Origin: Candidatus Limnocylindrales bacterium
GTDB taxonomy: Bacteria; Chloroflexota; Limnocylindria; Limnocylindrales; CSP1-4
Assembly (NCBI GenBank): GCA_036003325.1
Contig: DASYSM010000025.1
Location: forward strand, 2,633 to 66,632
DNA: 64,000 nucleotides
Direction: 5' to 3'
Part shown: one piece after another, positions 51,740-60,733 of the stretch
How the letters are laid out: each line of letters begins with the position of its first letter
Numbering within the stretch: the first letter of the stretch is position 1
The notes under the pieces: generated by a model
What the model saw: only the letters and a program-made list of their open reading frames with translations
Database searches by the model: none
Told to the model about the DNA's origin: nothing
Position numbers and translations under genes: made by a program

Positions 51740-53239
51740 TCACGCCGCCGGCACAAGCTGATCCGACCACCAGGTCATCAGCTGCTCCGACACCTCGTCG
51801 ATCAGCCGCTCGAGCGATCCCGGGGCCAGCACGGCGATCGTCTCCTGGTAGAGCCCCTTGCCGTACGTGTCGGCCGTCGGGAGATAGGCGACCCGGCCGC
51901 CGTCCATCAGCGTCATGACGACGACGTCGACGTCCGGGACGCTCTCGCGCAACGCTCGCTGCAGCACGTTGTAGTGCTCATCCTCGACCGCGACCCAGAA
52001 CACGTCCCCGGTCTGCATGACCATGACCGGGAGCGGATAGTCCGGGCCCGGCGGCAGCAGCCCGAGCTTGTCGATCAGCCGGTTCGCCTGTTCGGCCTTG
52101 CCGCGGCAGTCGGCCGCCTGCAGCTCGTCACCGGCAGCACGCTGGACAGCCTCCTCGGCGGTCCAGCGTTCGCGGTCGATGTATGCCTGGTCGACCGATG
52201 GCAGATCCGACCGGTACGCGAGTGGGACCGTCCAGCGCCGGACCCGCCAGCGAGCGGCGGCGATCCTATCCTCGTCGCTGAACGGTTCGTGGTCCCAGAG
52301 GCCCAGGGTCGTGCCCGAGATGGACGGTCCCTGGTAGCGGAAGCGTGTCCTGGGTGCCGGGATGGACTCGAGCGCCGACAGCGCCGCGTAGCCCAGCTCG
52401 CGCCCGTTGCGGTCGGCGACCGCCGTGTCACCGACGAACCCGTCGCGCGGGCCGGTGTCACCGGATGCGCCCTGGAGGAAGATGCACGGGACGCCGGTCG
52501 CGGCTTCGACGACTTCGCGCATGGCACCCGGGTAGTCCGGACTGATCAGCGAGTTCTGCCAGGCCAGCGTGGTGGGGTGACAGGAGTAGTTGACCATTGT
52601 CGCGAGGAGCGTGCCGTCAACCCCGCTCACGCGACCGACCAGCACGGTCGGGTCGAACGCGCCATCAGGGTTGAACCCGCATACCCACTGCTCGCTGACC
52701 GGGTCCCACAGGTCCCGGTTGCCGCCCATCTTGCTCTCTGCCCGGCCGAACGCGATCGTCGCCGGCTGGATCGCCGCGCGCGCCTCGGTGACGGCGGCAG
52801 CCACCTGTTCGGAGATCGTATCGAGGTACGGCCGGATCAGCTCGCCCCCGGGCAGGCCGGCCTGATCGAGCTTGGTCGGGGGCGAAGAATGAGTGTGCGA
52901 GTAGGTGCACATGAACTGGCCCGCGACGCCCGTCCGGCGCCGGACCTCGGTGGCCATGATCTCCTGCTCGGTCGCATACAGGAGACACATGTCCATCGCG
53001 ACGATGATCTCCTCGTCGCCCTCGTCGGCCATACCCGCGGGGTTGCGGAGGACCATGGCCGTGGCGGTCAGCGGCCGATGCACCCCGGTCACCCGGTCCC
53101 ACGTCGCCCGCGGCCACCAGCGGCCGTAGATGCCGACCGGGGGCGTGATGTCTCGACGGGCCACGCCGAACAGTACGTCCCCCTGGTGGGCCGCGATCTC
53201 GAGCACTCCCGAACCCTCCGAACGGATGTTCATGATCAA
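51740..53239 (-). CDS. neutral/alkaline ceramidase-like hydrolase (uncharacterised)
   Basis: The segments VARRDITPPVG..GR and TYSHTHSSP resemble the ceramidase_alk N-terminal domain from memory. The ATG overlaps the creatininase-family stop (ATGA). Confidence 0.55.
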   Translation of the reverse strand: MIMNIRSEGSGVLEIAAHQGDVLFGVARRDITPPVGIYGRWWPRATWDRVTGVHRPLTATAMVLRNPAGMADEGDEEIIVAMDMCLLYATEQEIMATEVRRRTGVAGQFMCTYSHTHSSPPTKLDQAGLPGGELIRPYLDTISEQVAAAVTEARAAIQPATIAFGRAESKMGGNRDLWDPVSEQWVCGFNPDGAFDPTVLVGRVSGVDGTLLATMVNYSCHPTTLAWQNSLISPDYPGAMREVVEAATGVPCIFLQGASGDTGPRDGFVGDTAVADRNGRELGYAALSALESIPAPRTRFRYQGPSISGTTLGLWDHEPFSDEDRIAAARWRVRRWTVPLAYRSDLPSVDQAYIDRERWTAEEAVQRAAGDELQAADCRGKAEQANRLIDKLGLLPPGPDYPLPVMVMQTGDVFWVAVEDEHYNVLQRALRESVPDVDVVVMTLMDGGRVAYLPTADTYGKGLYQETIAVLAPGSLERLIDEVSEQLMTWWSDQLVPAA

Positions 53240-54087
53240 GTATCAGACACGGTAGCAGGTCCCGCCGGGCGCGGCGTTCCCTCGTGACCGTCCAGCGGGA
53301 CGGCGCCGAATGCTTTGATCGCTCCGACGAGCTCACCCACCGCAGCATGGGCGATCGCGGCCCCTTTCTCCGCGGTCGCGACGGTCGGGTCGCCCATCAC
53401 GCCATGGCTCGAGTCCCGGCGGAAATCCAACGCGATCATCAGCGGGCCGGTGGCGCGGAAGTCGATGGTGCTGTACGGCGTCAGGGGGCGCCCGATCTCG
53501 GTTCGTGCGTCGGCCATGGACACGAGCTCCGGTCGCAGGTGGAGCTGGAGCGATGTCTCCATCTCGCAGGCGTGACCCATCCCGCCGATCTGGCTCGTGC
53601 CGATGTCGCGGAGCTGCGAGACGATCAGGTGCCAATAGGACACCTCACCGACGAACAGCCCCAGCTCCTCGGTGATCCGCATCACCGTGGCCGACAGGAT
53701 GCCGACGTTGCCGCCATGCCCGTTGACGATGAGCACGCGGCGGAACCCGTGCCGCGCGACCGCCGCGCAGATATCCCGCAGGAGCACCGAATACGTCTCC
53801 AGCGGCAGGCTGATGGTCCCGGGATAGCCCATGTGATGGGGCGACATGCCCCACCAGACCGGTGGCAACACGACCGCCGGGATGGTCGACGCCGTTGCGG
53901 CCGCGGCCCGAATCGACAACTCGAGCGAGTCGTGGATGTCGGTGTCCACCGGGAGATGCCGACCGTGCTGTTCGATCGCGCCGGTCGGGAGCAGGAGGAC
54001 GGTCCGCTCACGGTCGAGCGCATCGATCTGCGGCCAGGACATGTCGGACCAGCGCACCGGCGATGCGTGCGTGTCGCGTGCGTCCAT
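53236..54087 (-). CDS. creatininase-family amidohydrolase
   Basis: The motifs LLLPTGAIEQHGRHLPVDTD, LIVNGHGGN and GHACEMETS are present. Confidence 0.85.
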   Translation of the reverse strand: MDARDTHASPVRWSDMSWPQIDALDRERTVLLLPTGAIEQHGRHLPVDTDIHDSLELSIRAAAATASTIPAVVLPPVWWGMSPHHMGYPGTISLPLETYSVLLRDICAAVARHGFRRVLIVNGHGGNVGILSATVMRITEELGLFVGEVSYWHLIVSQLRDIGTSQIGGMGHACEMETSLQLHLRPELVSMADARTEIGRPLTPYSTIDFRATGPLMIALDFRRDSSHGVMGDPTVATAEKGAAIAHAAVGELVGAIKAFGAVPLDGHEGTPRPAGPATVSDT

Positions 54088-54089
54088 CG

Positions 54090-54986
54090 TCAGCCGCCCC
54101 GGCGGACCCGCGGGTCGAGGGTGTCACGTAGCGCGTCGCCGAGGAGGTTGAACGACACGACGGTGAACACGATGGCGAGGCCCGGGAAGACGCTGATCCA
54201 CCATGCGATCCGGAAGAACTCGCGTCCGTCGCGCAGGATGGCGCCCCATTCCGGGGTCGGCGGTGGTGCGCCCAGGCCGATGAAGCTGAGCGCCGAGCCC
54301 GACAGGATCGCGTCGCCGATCCCGATCGTGACCATGACGATGACCGGCGCGGCGACGCTCTGGAGGAGGTGGACGAACATGATCCTGAAGTCGGTCGCGC
54401 CGGCGGCGATGGCGTATTCGACGTAACCGTTCCCCTTGGCTCGTTTGACGTTGCCACGCGCCATCCGGGTGTAGTACGGGATCCAGGCGATGCCCAGGGC
54501 GAGCATCACGTTGTTGAGGCCCGGGCCCAGGATGGCGATGACCGCGAGAGCGAAGACGAGGGCCGGGATCGCCATCCAGACGTCGAGCACCCGCATGAGG
54601 ATCAGGTCCACCCGGGGGGCGTATCCAACCAGGACGCCGATGGGCACGCCGATGCAGGACGCGATGATGACCGGGACGAGGCCCAGGGTGAGCGACAGCT
54701 GGGCGCCGTAGACGACCCGGGTCAGGACGTCGCGTCCCAGCTGGTCGGTGCCGAACGGGAACGCGAAGGACGGTCCGATGAGCTTCTGGCCGACGACCAC
54801 CGCGGTCGGGCTGCTGTGCAGGAAGAACGGTCCGACCAGCGCGATGGCGAAGATCAGGAGCACCCCGATCAGGCCGACCTGGCCCGACCGGTGCCGCATC
54901 AGGCGTCGGAAGAAGACCCGGATCGGTGCCTCGGGCTCTTCGACCGCCGGCGCGGCACCGTCAAGCTCGAGCTCCGCGGTCGCCAC
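54090..54986 (-). CDS. ABC transporter permease (DppC/OppC-like)
   Basis: The protein has the binding-protein-dependent transport inner-membrane architecture. The N-terminal motif is GPSFAFPFGTDQLGRDVLTRVVYG. Confidence 0.9.
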   Translation of the reverse strand: MATAELELDGAAPAVEEPEAPIRVFFRRLMRHRSGQVGLIGVLLIFAIALVGPFFLHSSPTAVVVGQKLIGPSFAFPFGTDQLGRDVLTRVVYGAQLSLTLGLVPVIIASCIGVPIGVLVGYAPRVDLILMRVLDVWMAIPALVFALAVIAILGPGLNNVMLALGIAWIPYYTRMARGNVKRAKGNGYVEYAIAAGATDFRIMFVHLLQSVAAPVIVMVTIGIGDAILSGSALSFIGLGAPPPTPEWGAILRDGREFFRIAWWISVFPGLAIVFTVVSFNLLGDALRDTLDPRVRRGG

Positions 54987-55919
54987 CTATGAACCCTCGC
55001 CGGTCCGGATGCGCGGATCAAGGAAGCTGTATGAGATGTCGACGATGAGGTTGACGATCACGAAGATGGCGGCGATGAGCAGGATGCCGCCCTGGATGAC
55101 CGGGATGTCGCGCTTGAGGATCGACTGCACGACGACGGTCCCGAGCCCGGGCCGCGCGAAGACGACCTCGATCACGACCGCGCCACCGAGCAGAGCTCCG
55201 ACCTGGAGGCCCAGCATGGTCACGATGGGGACGAGCGAGTTGCGGAAGGCATGGCCCATCACCACGGCCCGCCGGCCGAGACCCTTTGCCTCCGCGGTCC
55301 GGACATAGTCCGACTGGAGGACCTCGACCATCTCCGATCGGGTCAGGCGGGCGATGATCGCCATTTCGGCGATCCCGAGCGCCAGGGCGGGCAGGATCAG
55401 CGTCGATATGCCTTCCGATCCAGTCGCGGGTAGCCACTTGAGGTTCACCGCGACGACCAGGATCATCACGAGGCCGAGCCAGTACTGTGGGATCGACGCG
55501 CCGAGGACGGCAAGGGTCATCGCGCCCGAGTCCACCGCCGAGTTGCGCTTGAGTGCGGCCGCGAGGCCGAGGGGTATGCCGATGAGCACGGCCACGAACA
55601 AAGATGCCGTGATCAGGATCAGGGTGTACGGCAGCTGGCTCATGAGCAGGTCCAGCACGGGCTGGCCCGTCCGAAACGACCGACCCATGTCCCCGTGGAG
55701 CAAGGCGACGGCGTAGGTCGCGGCCCGCTCCAGGACGGGCTTGTTGAGCCCGAGTGCCTCTCGCATCTGGTTCTGCTGTTCCAGGGTCATGAGCTTCTGC
55801 GTCATCGACGCCTGGACCACGTCACCCGGGATCAGCTGGAAGATGAAGAAGATGAGCAGGGCGGTCGCAAACAGGACCGGAATCGTCAGGAGGATGCGCT
55901 TCAGGACGTACAGAGCCAA
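54987..55919 (-). CDS. ABC transporter permease (DppB/OppB-like)
   Basis: The start is MALYVLKRILLTIPVLF. The EAA-like loop is DYVRTAEAKGLGRRAVVMGHAFRNS. Confidence 0.9.
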   Translation of the reverse strand: MALYVLKRILLTIPVLFATALLIFFIFQLIPGDVVQASMTQKLMTLEQQNQMREALGLNKPVLERAATYAVALLHGDMGRSFRTGQPVLDLLMSQLPYTLILITASLFVAVLIGIPLGLAAALKRNSAVDSGAMTLAVLGASIPQYWLGLVMILVVAVNLKWLPATGSEGISTLILPALALGIAEMAIIARLTRSEMVEVLQSDYVRTAEAKGLGRRAVVMGHAFRNSLVPIVTMLGLQVGALLGGAVVIEVVFARPGLGTVVVQSILKRDIPVIQGGILLIAAIFVIVNLIVDISYSFLDPRIRTGEGS

Positions 55920-56003
55920 CCGCGGACTCCCCTGAGAAACGTCGCAGGCGCAGCGGCGCTGCGCCTGCGACGAGGACTACGTTCGGAGCTGGACGATCCC
56001 AGC

Positions 56004-57680
56004 CTAGTTCATGGTCACGTTCGCGAAGTACTTGTAGAAGCCGGTGCCATCGACTTTCAAGCCCTGAACGTTCTTGTCGAAGGCCGAGAAGAACTGGAAC
56101 TCGAAGATGGACACCCAGTAGGCCTGCTGCATCACGTAATCCTGCCACTCCTTGATGAGGGCAGTCCGCTTTGCAGGATCGATCTCACCAAGGGCATCGG
56201 TGTACATCTTCTCGATCTTCGGATCCTGGCCGAAGCCGTTCACGCCACCCGCGAGGTTTGCGGCGGTCGAGTAGGACATGACCTGGACCGGGTTGGTGTC
56301 GATGCTACCCATCGCCGGCATCTCGTACTTCTGGGAGCCAGCGGCGGCGTAGTACCCGCCGCCCTCTTCGGTGACCACCTGTGCGTCGAAGCCGACGTTG
56401 CGCAGCTGGTCCTGGAGGACGGTCACCCAGTCATTCCATCCGCGGTTCTCGAGGATGCGGACGGTCAGCGACTTGCCGTCCTTCATGCGGAGTCCCGTGG
56501 TTGCGTCCGGCACCCAGCCGGCGCCGTCGAGCAGGGACTTGGCCTTGTCGGGGTTGAATGGATACATCGTCTCGACCGCCGGGTCATAGTCCGGGAAGTC
56601 CGGGGTCAGCGGTCCGTAGGCGGGCTTGACCAGGTCGAAGTAGACGGTGCTGATGATCGCGCTGCGATCGACCGCGTATTCGGCCGCTTGGCGGACGGCC
56701 AGGTCGTCGAACGGCGCGATCTGCGTGTTCATCCAGTTGCCCTGCGGCAGGCCCGGCAACGGGATGCCCAGGGTCGTCAGCTTGTCGTTCGTGCGCAGGC
56801 TGCCGAGGTTCTGGAACGGGACCAGATCGATGAACTGGACGTCACCGGCCTCGACGGCGGCGGTGCGGGTCTGGGGGTCATTGAGGTACTTGAACGTGAG
56901 GGTGTCGAGCTTGGCAGGGCCGGCCGTGCCCATGACGTCGGGGTTGCCCCAGGTCCAATCCGGGTTCTTGGCGAGGTCGATCTCGACCCCCTGCGTCCAC
57001 TTGACGAACTTGAAGGGACCGCTGCCCATCGGCATGCGTGGTGCATCCGCACCGACCGACTGGACATACTTGGCGTCGGTGATGGCCGAGCCCGGATCGG
57101 CCAGCGTCAGATACATGGCCGTCTGCGGCTTGCTGAAGTTCAGCGTCACGGTCAGCGGATCGACCACGGTCGCACCCGTATAGACGAGCTTGAGCGCCGC
57201 CATGACGGTGCTCGGTGTCGCCGAGTCGTTCTTGAGGCGGTCGAAGTGGGCCGCTACCGCGGCGGCGTCGAGCGGGTCACCGTTCTGGAACTTCATGCCA
57301 TCGCGGAGCTTGAACGTGAACGACGTGAAGTCCGCGTTGTTCTCCCACGAGGTCGCGATGCCCGCGACTGGGGTCAGCTGGCCCTGCGGGATGTTCAGGA
57401 GCGTCTCGTAGATCTGGCCCGTGACCTGGAGAGCATCGACCGTGATGGCCGAATACGGGTCGAGGCCGGCGGGCTCCTGGTTGCCGCCGAAGATGAGATC
57501 GCCGCCGCCGCCGCCCGACGCGGAGGACGGGGCGGGCTCAGATCCCGCTGGCTGGGACGCTGCGGGAGCCGATGAAGCTCCCTGACTGCTGGCGGGGCTT
57601 GGGCTGGTGGTGCTGCTTCCGCAGGCCACCACGAGCAGGCTCGCAACGACCGCGAAGACAACGCCTGTTGATCGGCGCAC
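56004..57680 (-). CDS. ABC transporter substrate-binding lipoprotein, family 5 (peptide/nickel type)
   Basis: GTG 57680 follows AGGAGGAG. The lipobox is LLVVAC, followed by a Ser/Ala/Pro linker and an SBP_bac_5-like body of 558 aa. Confidence 0.9.
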   Translation of the reverse strand: MRRSTGVVFAVVASLLVVACGSSTTSPSPASSQGASSAPAASQPAGSEPAPSSASGGGGGDLIFGGNQEPAGLDPYSAITVDALQVTGQIYETLLNIPQGQLTPVAGIATSWENNADFTSFTFKLRDGMKFQNGDPLDAAAVAAHFDRLKNDSATPSTVMAALKLVYTGATVVDPLTVTLNFSKPQTAMYLTLADPGSAITDAKYVQSVGADAPRMPMGSGPFKFVKWTQGVEIDLAKNPDWTWGNPDVMGTAGPAKLDTLTFKYLNDPQTRTAAVEAGDVQFIDLVPFQNLGSLRTNDKLTTLGIPLPGLPQGNWMNTQIAPFDDLAVRQAAEYAVDRSAIISTVYFDLVKPAYGPLTPDFPDYDPAVETMYPFNPDKAKSLLDGAGWVPDATTGLRMKDGKSLTVRILENRGWNDWVTVLQDQLRNVGFDAQVVTEEGGGYYAAAGSQKYEMPAMGSIDTNPVQVMSYSTAANLAGGVNGFGQDPKIEKMYTDALGEIDPAKRTALIKEWQDYVMQQAYWVSIFEFQFFSAFDKNVQGLKVDGTGFYKYFANVTMN

Positions 57681-57813
57681 CGGCTCCTCCTGTATCTTTG
57701 ATCAGATGCCACCAAACACGCGCATTGTTGTCCCCGGCCGATGCCATGTCAACGCTAGCACCGACAGGTCGACGCTCCCTCCGCGCGGGTCTGATCCTAC
57801 CATGGCGTATCAT

Positions 57814-57835
57814 TGATCATCTAGCATTCGATCAC
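57814..57835. promoter_or_regulatory. operator-like TGATCATCTAGCATTCGATCAC in the SBP/hisD-like divergent spacer
   Basis: See the shared-motif finding. A further TTGATCAGATG lies at 57698-57708. Confidence 0.3.
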
Positions 57836-57845
57836 GAAAGTCAGT

Positions 57846-59192
57846 GTGTTGGAGGGCGGGCGAACCGATATGCACAGGGTCCTAAAGGGCACGGCCCAGG
57901 CTGAAGGCATGGCCACATCGGCGACGGTCGTCCGTGAGGCGGTCGCAACGATCGTCGCCGATGTCCGCACTCGCGGCGACGTGGCGGTCCGGGAGTTCTC
58001 GGAGCGGTTCGATCACTGGTCGCCGGACAGCTTCCAGCTTGGACCCGAGGAGATCGACCGGATCGTCACGCAGGTGCCTGCCCAGGTTCGCGACGACATC
58101 AAGACTGCCCAAGCCAACATCCGCGCATTCGCACGGGCGCAGCGGGACTCGCTCACCGAGTTCGAGATCGAGACGCTGCCGGGGGTCGTGCTCGGCCAGC
58201 GCCATATCCCCGTGTCGGCCGCGGGCGCCTACGTGCCAGGCGGCCGCTACCCACTGGTCGCATCCGCCCACATGACGATCGTCACCGCGAAGGTAGCCGG
58301 CGTCGAACGCGTCGTCGCGTGCACGCCGCCGATCGATGGCGAGATCCCCACTGCTACGGTCACCGCGATGCATCTCGCGGGCGCTGACGAGATCTACCTC
58401 CTCGGCGGCGTCCAGGCGATCGCGGCGATGGCCCTCGGGACCGAGACCATCGGGCGCGTCGACATGCTCGCTGGACCGGGCAATGCCTACGTCGCCGAGG
58501 CCAAGCGCCAGCTGTTCGGCGAGGTCGGCATCGACTTGCTTGCCGGTCCCACCGAGATCCTCGTCGTCGCGGACGCGTCGGCGGATCCGTTCGTCGTGGC
58601 CGTCGACCTCCTGAGTCAAGCCGAGCACGGGCCGGACTCGCCGGCGATCCTGATCACGACATCCGAGGAGGTCGGCCGGGCCACGATGGCCCACATCGAT
58701 CGCCTCCTGCCGGACATGCCGACGCGCGATTACGCCGGACCTGCCTGGCGCGACCACGGACAGGTCGTGGTTGTCGAGGACCTCGACCAGGCGTATGCGT
58801 TGGCCGACGACTTCGCCTTCGAACACGTGGAGATCCTGACGGCGGATCCGCGCGAGGCGCTGGCGCGGCTTCGCAATTACGGCGCGCTGTTCCTCGGCGA
58901 GGGGACGACGGTGTCATACGGCGACAAAGTGATCGGCACCAACCACGTGCTGCCGACGCGTTCGGGCGCCCGCTACACGGGTGGTCTGTGGGTTGGCAAG
59001 TATCTCAAGACCGTGACGTACCAGGAGATCACGAACACCGATTCGAGCGCGGCCCTCGGCGAGCTGTGCGGTCGCGCCAGCCGCGTCGAGCGGTTCGAAG
59101 GTCATGCTCGTGCCGGTGACGTCCGGGTCGCCAAGTACACAGGTGAAGACTTCGATTGGATGCCCGAGCGCGCGAAGGCCACGACCAGGTGA
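57846..59192 (+). CDS. histidinol-dehydrogenase-family (HisD-like) NAD-dependent dehydrogenase, probable catabolic paralogue
   Basis: HisD motifs are present: GGVQAIAAMALGTE, LAGPGNAYVAEAK, GIDLLAGPTEILVVAD, SQAEHG, FEHVEI and GTNHVLPT. The start is GTG 57846, with ATG 57870 as an alternative. Confidence 0.8.
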   Translation: MLEGGRTDMHRVLKGTAQAEGMATSATVVREAVATIVADVRTRGDVAVREFSERFDHWSPDSFQLGPEEIDRIVTQVPAQVRDDIKTAQANIRAFARAQRDSLTEFEIETLPGVVLGQRHIPVSAAGAYVPGGRYPLVASAHMTIVTAKVAGVERVVACTPPIDGEIPTATVTAMHLAGADEIYLLGGVQAIAAMALGTETIGRVDMLAGPGNAYVAEAKRQLFGEVGIDLLAGPTEILVVADASADPFVVAVDLLSQAEHGPDSPAILITTSEEVGRATMAHIDRLLPDMPTRDYAGPAWRDHGQVVVVEDLDQAYALADDFAFEHVEILTADPREALARLRNYGALFLGEGTTVSYGDKVIGTNHVLPTRSGARYTGGLWVGKYLKTVTYQEITNTDSSAALGELCGRASRVERFEGHARAGDVRVAKYTGEDFDWMPERAKATTR

Positions 59193-59214
59193 TCCGCAGC
59201 GCATTCGGGGGTCG

Positions 59215-59616
59215 TCAGGACGGGTCCGCCTCGAGGACGTTGAAATCGGGAGCTGCGCCACCCGGCGATGGGTAGACGAACAGGATGGACAGCGGGATCA
59301 GACCCGTGTTCTTGAACCCGTGTGCGCCATCGATGCCGGCGGGCGCGAAGATCACCGAATGAGGCCCGATCGCCGATTCGGCGCCGAGCCGGTCAGTGGT
59401 CACACCCGTGCCGGACAGGATGAACTGCAGCTCCCCGACCGAGTGCCAATGAGTGGGGATGACGGCGCCGGGCGCAAGGACGTTGACGCCACCGTACATG
59501 TCGGAACCCGGTAGTGACCCGTCGATGAAAAGGGCCACCGTCGAGCCGGGAACCTTGGCGGCCCGATACCATTCCGCGCCAGCTTGCCGCACGGATGGGC
59601 GTGGGCCGGCCGTCAT
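59215..59616 (-). CDS. cupin domain protein
   Basis: The cupin motif is APGAVIPTHWHSVGELQFILSG. ATG 59616 follows GGGAGA and lies 26 nt after the upstream gene's stop. I trimmed it from ORF 59215..59688. Confidence 0.75.
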   Translation of the reverse strand: MTAGPRPSVRQAGAEWYRAAKVPGSTVALFIDGSLPGSDMYGGVNVLAPGAVIPTHWHSVGELQFILSGTGVTTDRLGAESAIGPHSVIFAPAGIDGAHGFKNTGLIPLSILFVYPSPGGAAPDFNVLEADPS

Positions 59617-59641
59617 GTGGTCTCCCTCTGCCAGACGATGA

Positions 59642-60733
59642 TCATCCGATCCGGTACGCCTCGACCGCTCGCCAGTCGAGCTCGACACCCAGGCCAGCTG
59701 TTTCGGGAGCGATGAAGTCGCCTCCGTCCAGGGTGACCCAGGTCGAGAACAGCTTGTACAGCGTCTCGTAGTCGCGCGCGGGATCGGTCATCTCGACGGC
59801 CCGAACGTTCTGGAACGCTGCGCCGAGATGGATGTGGATCTCCGGGAACACGTGCGGACTGACCGGCAGGCCGTGTGCGGACGCCATCGCGATCACCTTG
59901 ATGACCTCGGAGATCCCGCCGATGGTCGTCGCGTCGACCCGCACGATGTCGGCCAGGCCCGAACGGAGGAGTTCGTTGAATGACCAGCGACCGACGTAAT
60001 CCTCGCCAAGCGCGAGTGGGATCCGGGTTGCGGCGCGCAGGTTCGTGATGTGGCCGGCCAGGTCGGAAGGGAATGGATCCTCGAGACAATCGAGCTCGAG
60101 GCCCTCCCAGCCCCGAACGATCGGCAGCACGTCGAGGAGATTCCGCCAGGCCCAGTGTGCGTCGTAGCTCAGCGCGGCATCCGGAGCGGCTGTCCGGGAT
60201 GCCTGGAGCCGCGCTGTGTCCTCGCCGAGCGTACCTGCGGCGATCTTGATGATCGGGAATCCCCGGGCAGCATAGTCGGCCACCTCGGCCGCCAAGTCGT
60301 CGATCGTCACGTCGTCGTTCGGATAGCCGCCGGCGACCTGCGCGGGCACCCGTGTCCGGTACCCACCCAGGAGACGCCACAGCGGCACCGCGAGGGCCTT
60401 GGCCTTGAGGTCCCACAGGGCGATGTCAATGGCAGACAGCGCCCGCATGAAGATGCCCCGCTGCCCGATGATCAGGTTCGCGTCGTAGACGCGGTGCCAC
60501 AGCCGTTCGGTGTCGCGCGGATCCTGGCCGATGATCAGAGGTGCGATGTTCCGGTCGATGATGGCTGCCACCGGAGAGTTCCGGGTCATCCCGAACCCGA
60601 TGCCGGCCAGCCCCTCGTCCGTGGTCACCTCGGCGATGACGTATTCGCGCGATGCGTAACGGATCGGACCCATCACGATCGGCCGAGCCATCGGCACATC
60701 GACCGTGATGGCACGGACCGAGCGGATCCTCAA
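59642..60733 (-). CDS. enolase-superfamily enzyme (mandelate racemase/muconate lactonizing family)
   Basis: The N-terminal capping domain reads VIAEVTTDEGLAGIGFG. The barrel ligands are in SYDAHWAW, CLEDPF and LALGEDY. The start overlaps the aminotransferase stop by 4 nt. Confidence 0.85.
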   Translation of the reverse strand: MRIRSVRAITVDVPMARPIVMGPIRYASREYVIAEVTTDEGLAGIGFGMTRNSPVAAIIDRNIAPLIIGQDPRDTERLWHRVYDANLIIGQRGIFMRALSAIDIALWDLKAKALAVPLWRLLGGYRTRVPAQVAGGYPNDDVTIDDLAAEVADYAARGFPIIKIAAGTLGEDTARLQASRTAAPDAALSYDAHWAWRNLLDVLPIVRGWEGLELDCLEDPFPSDLAGHITNLRAATRIPLALGEDYVGRWSFNELLRSGLADIVRVDATTIGGISEVIKVIAMASAHGLPVSPHVFPEIHIHLGAAFQNVRAVEMTDPARDYETLYKLFSTWVTLDGGDFIAPETAGLGVELDWRAVEAYRIG

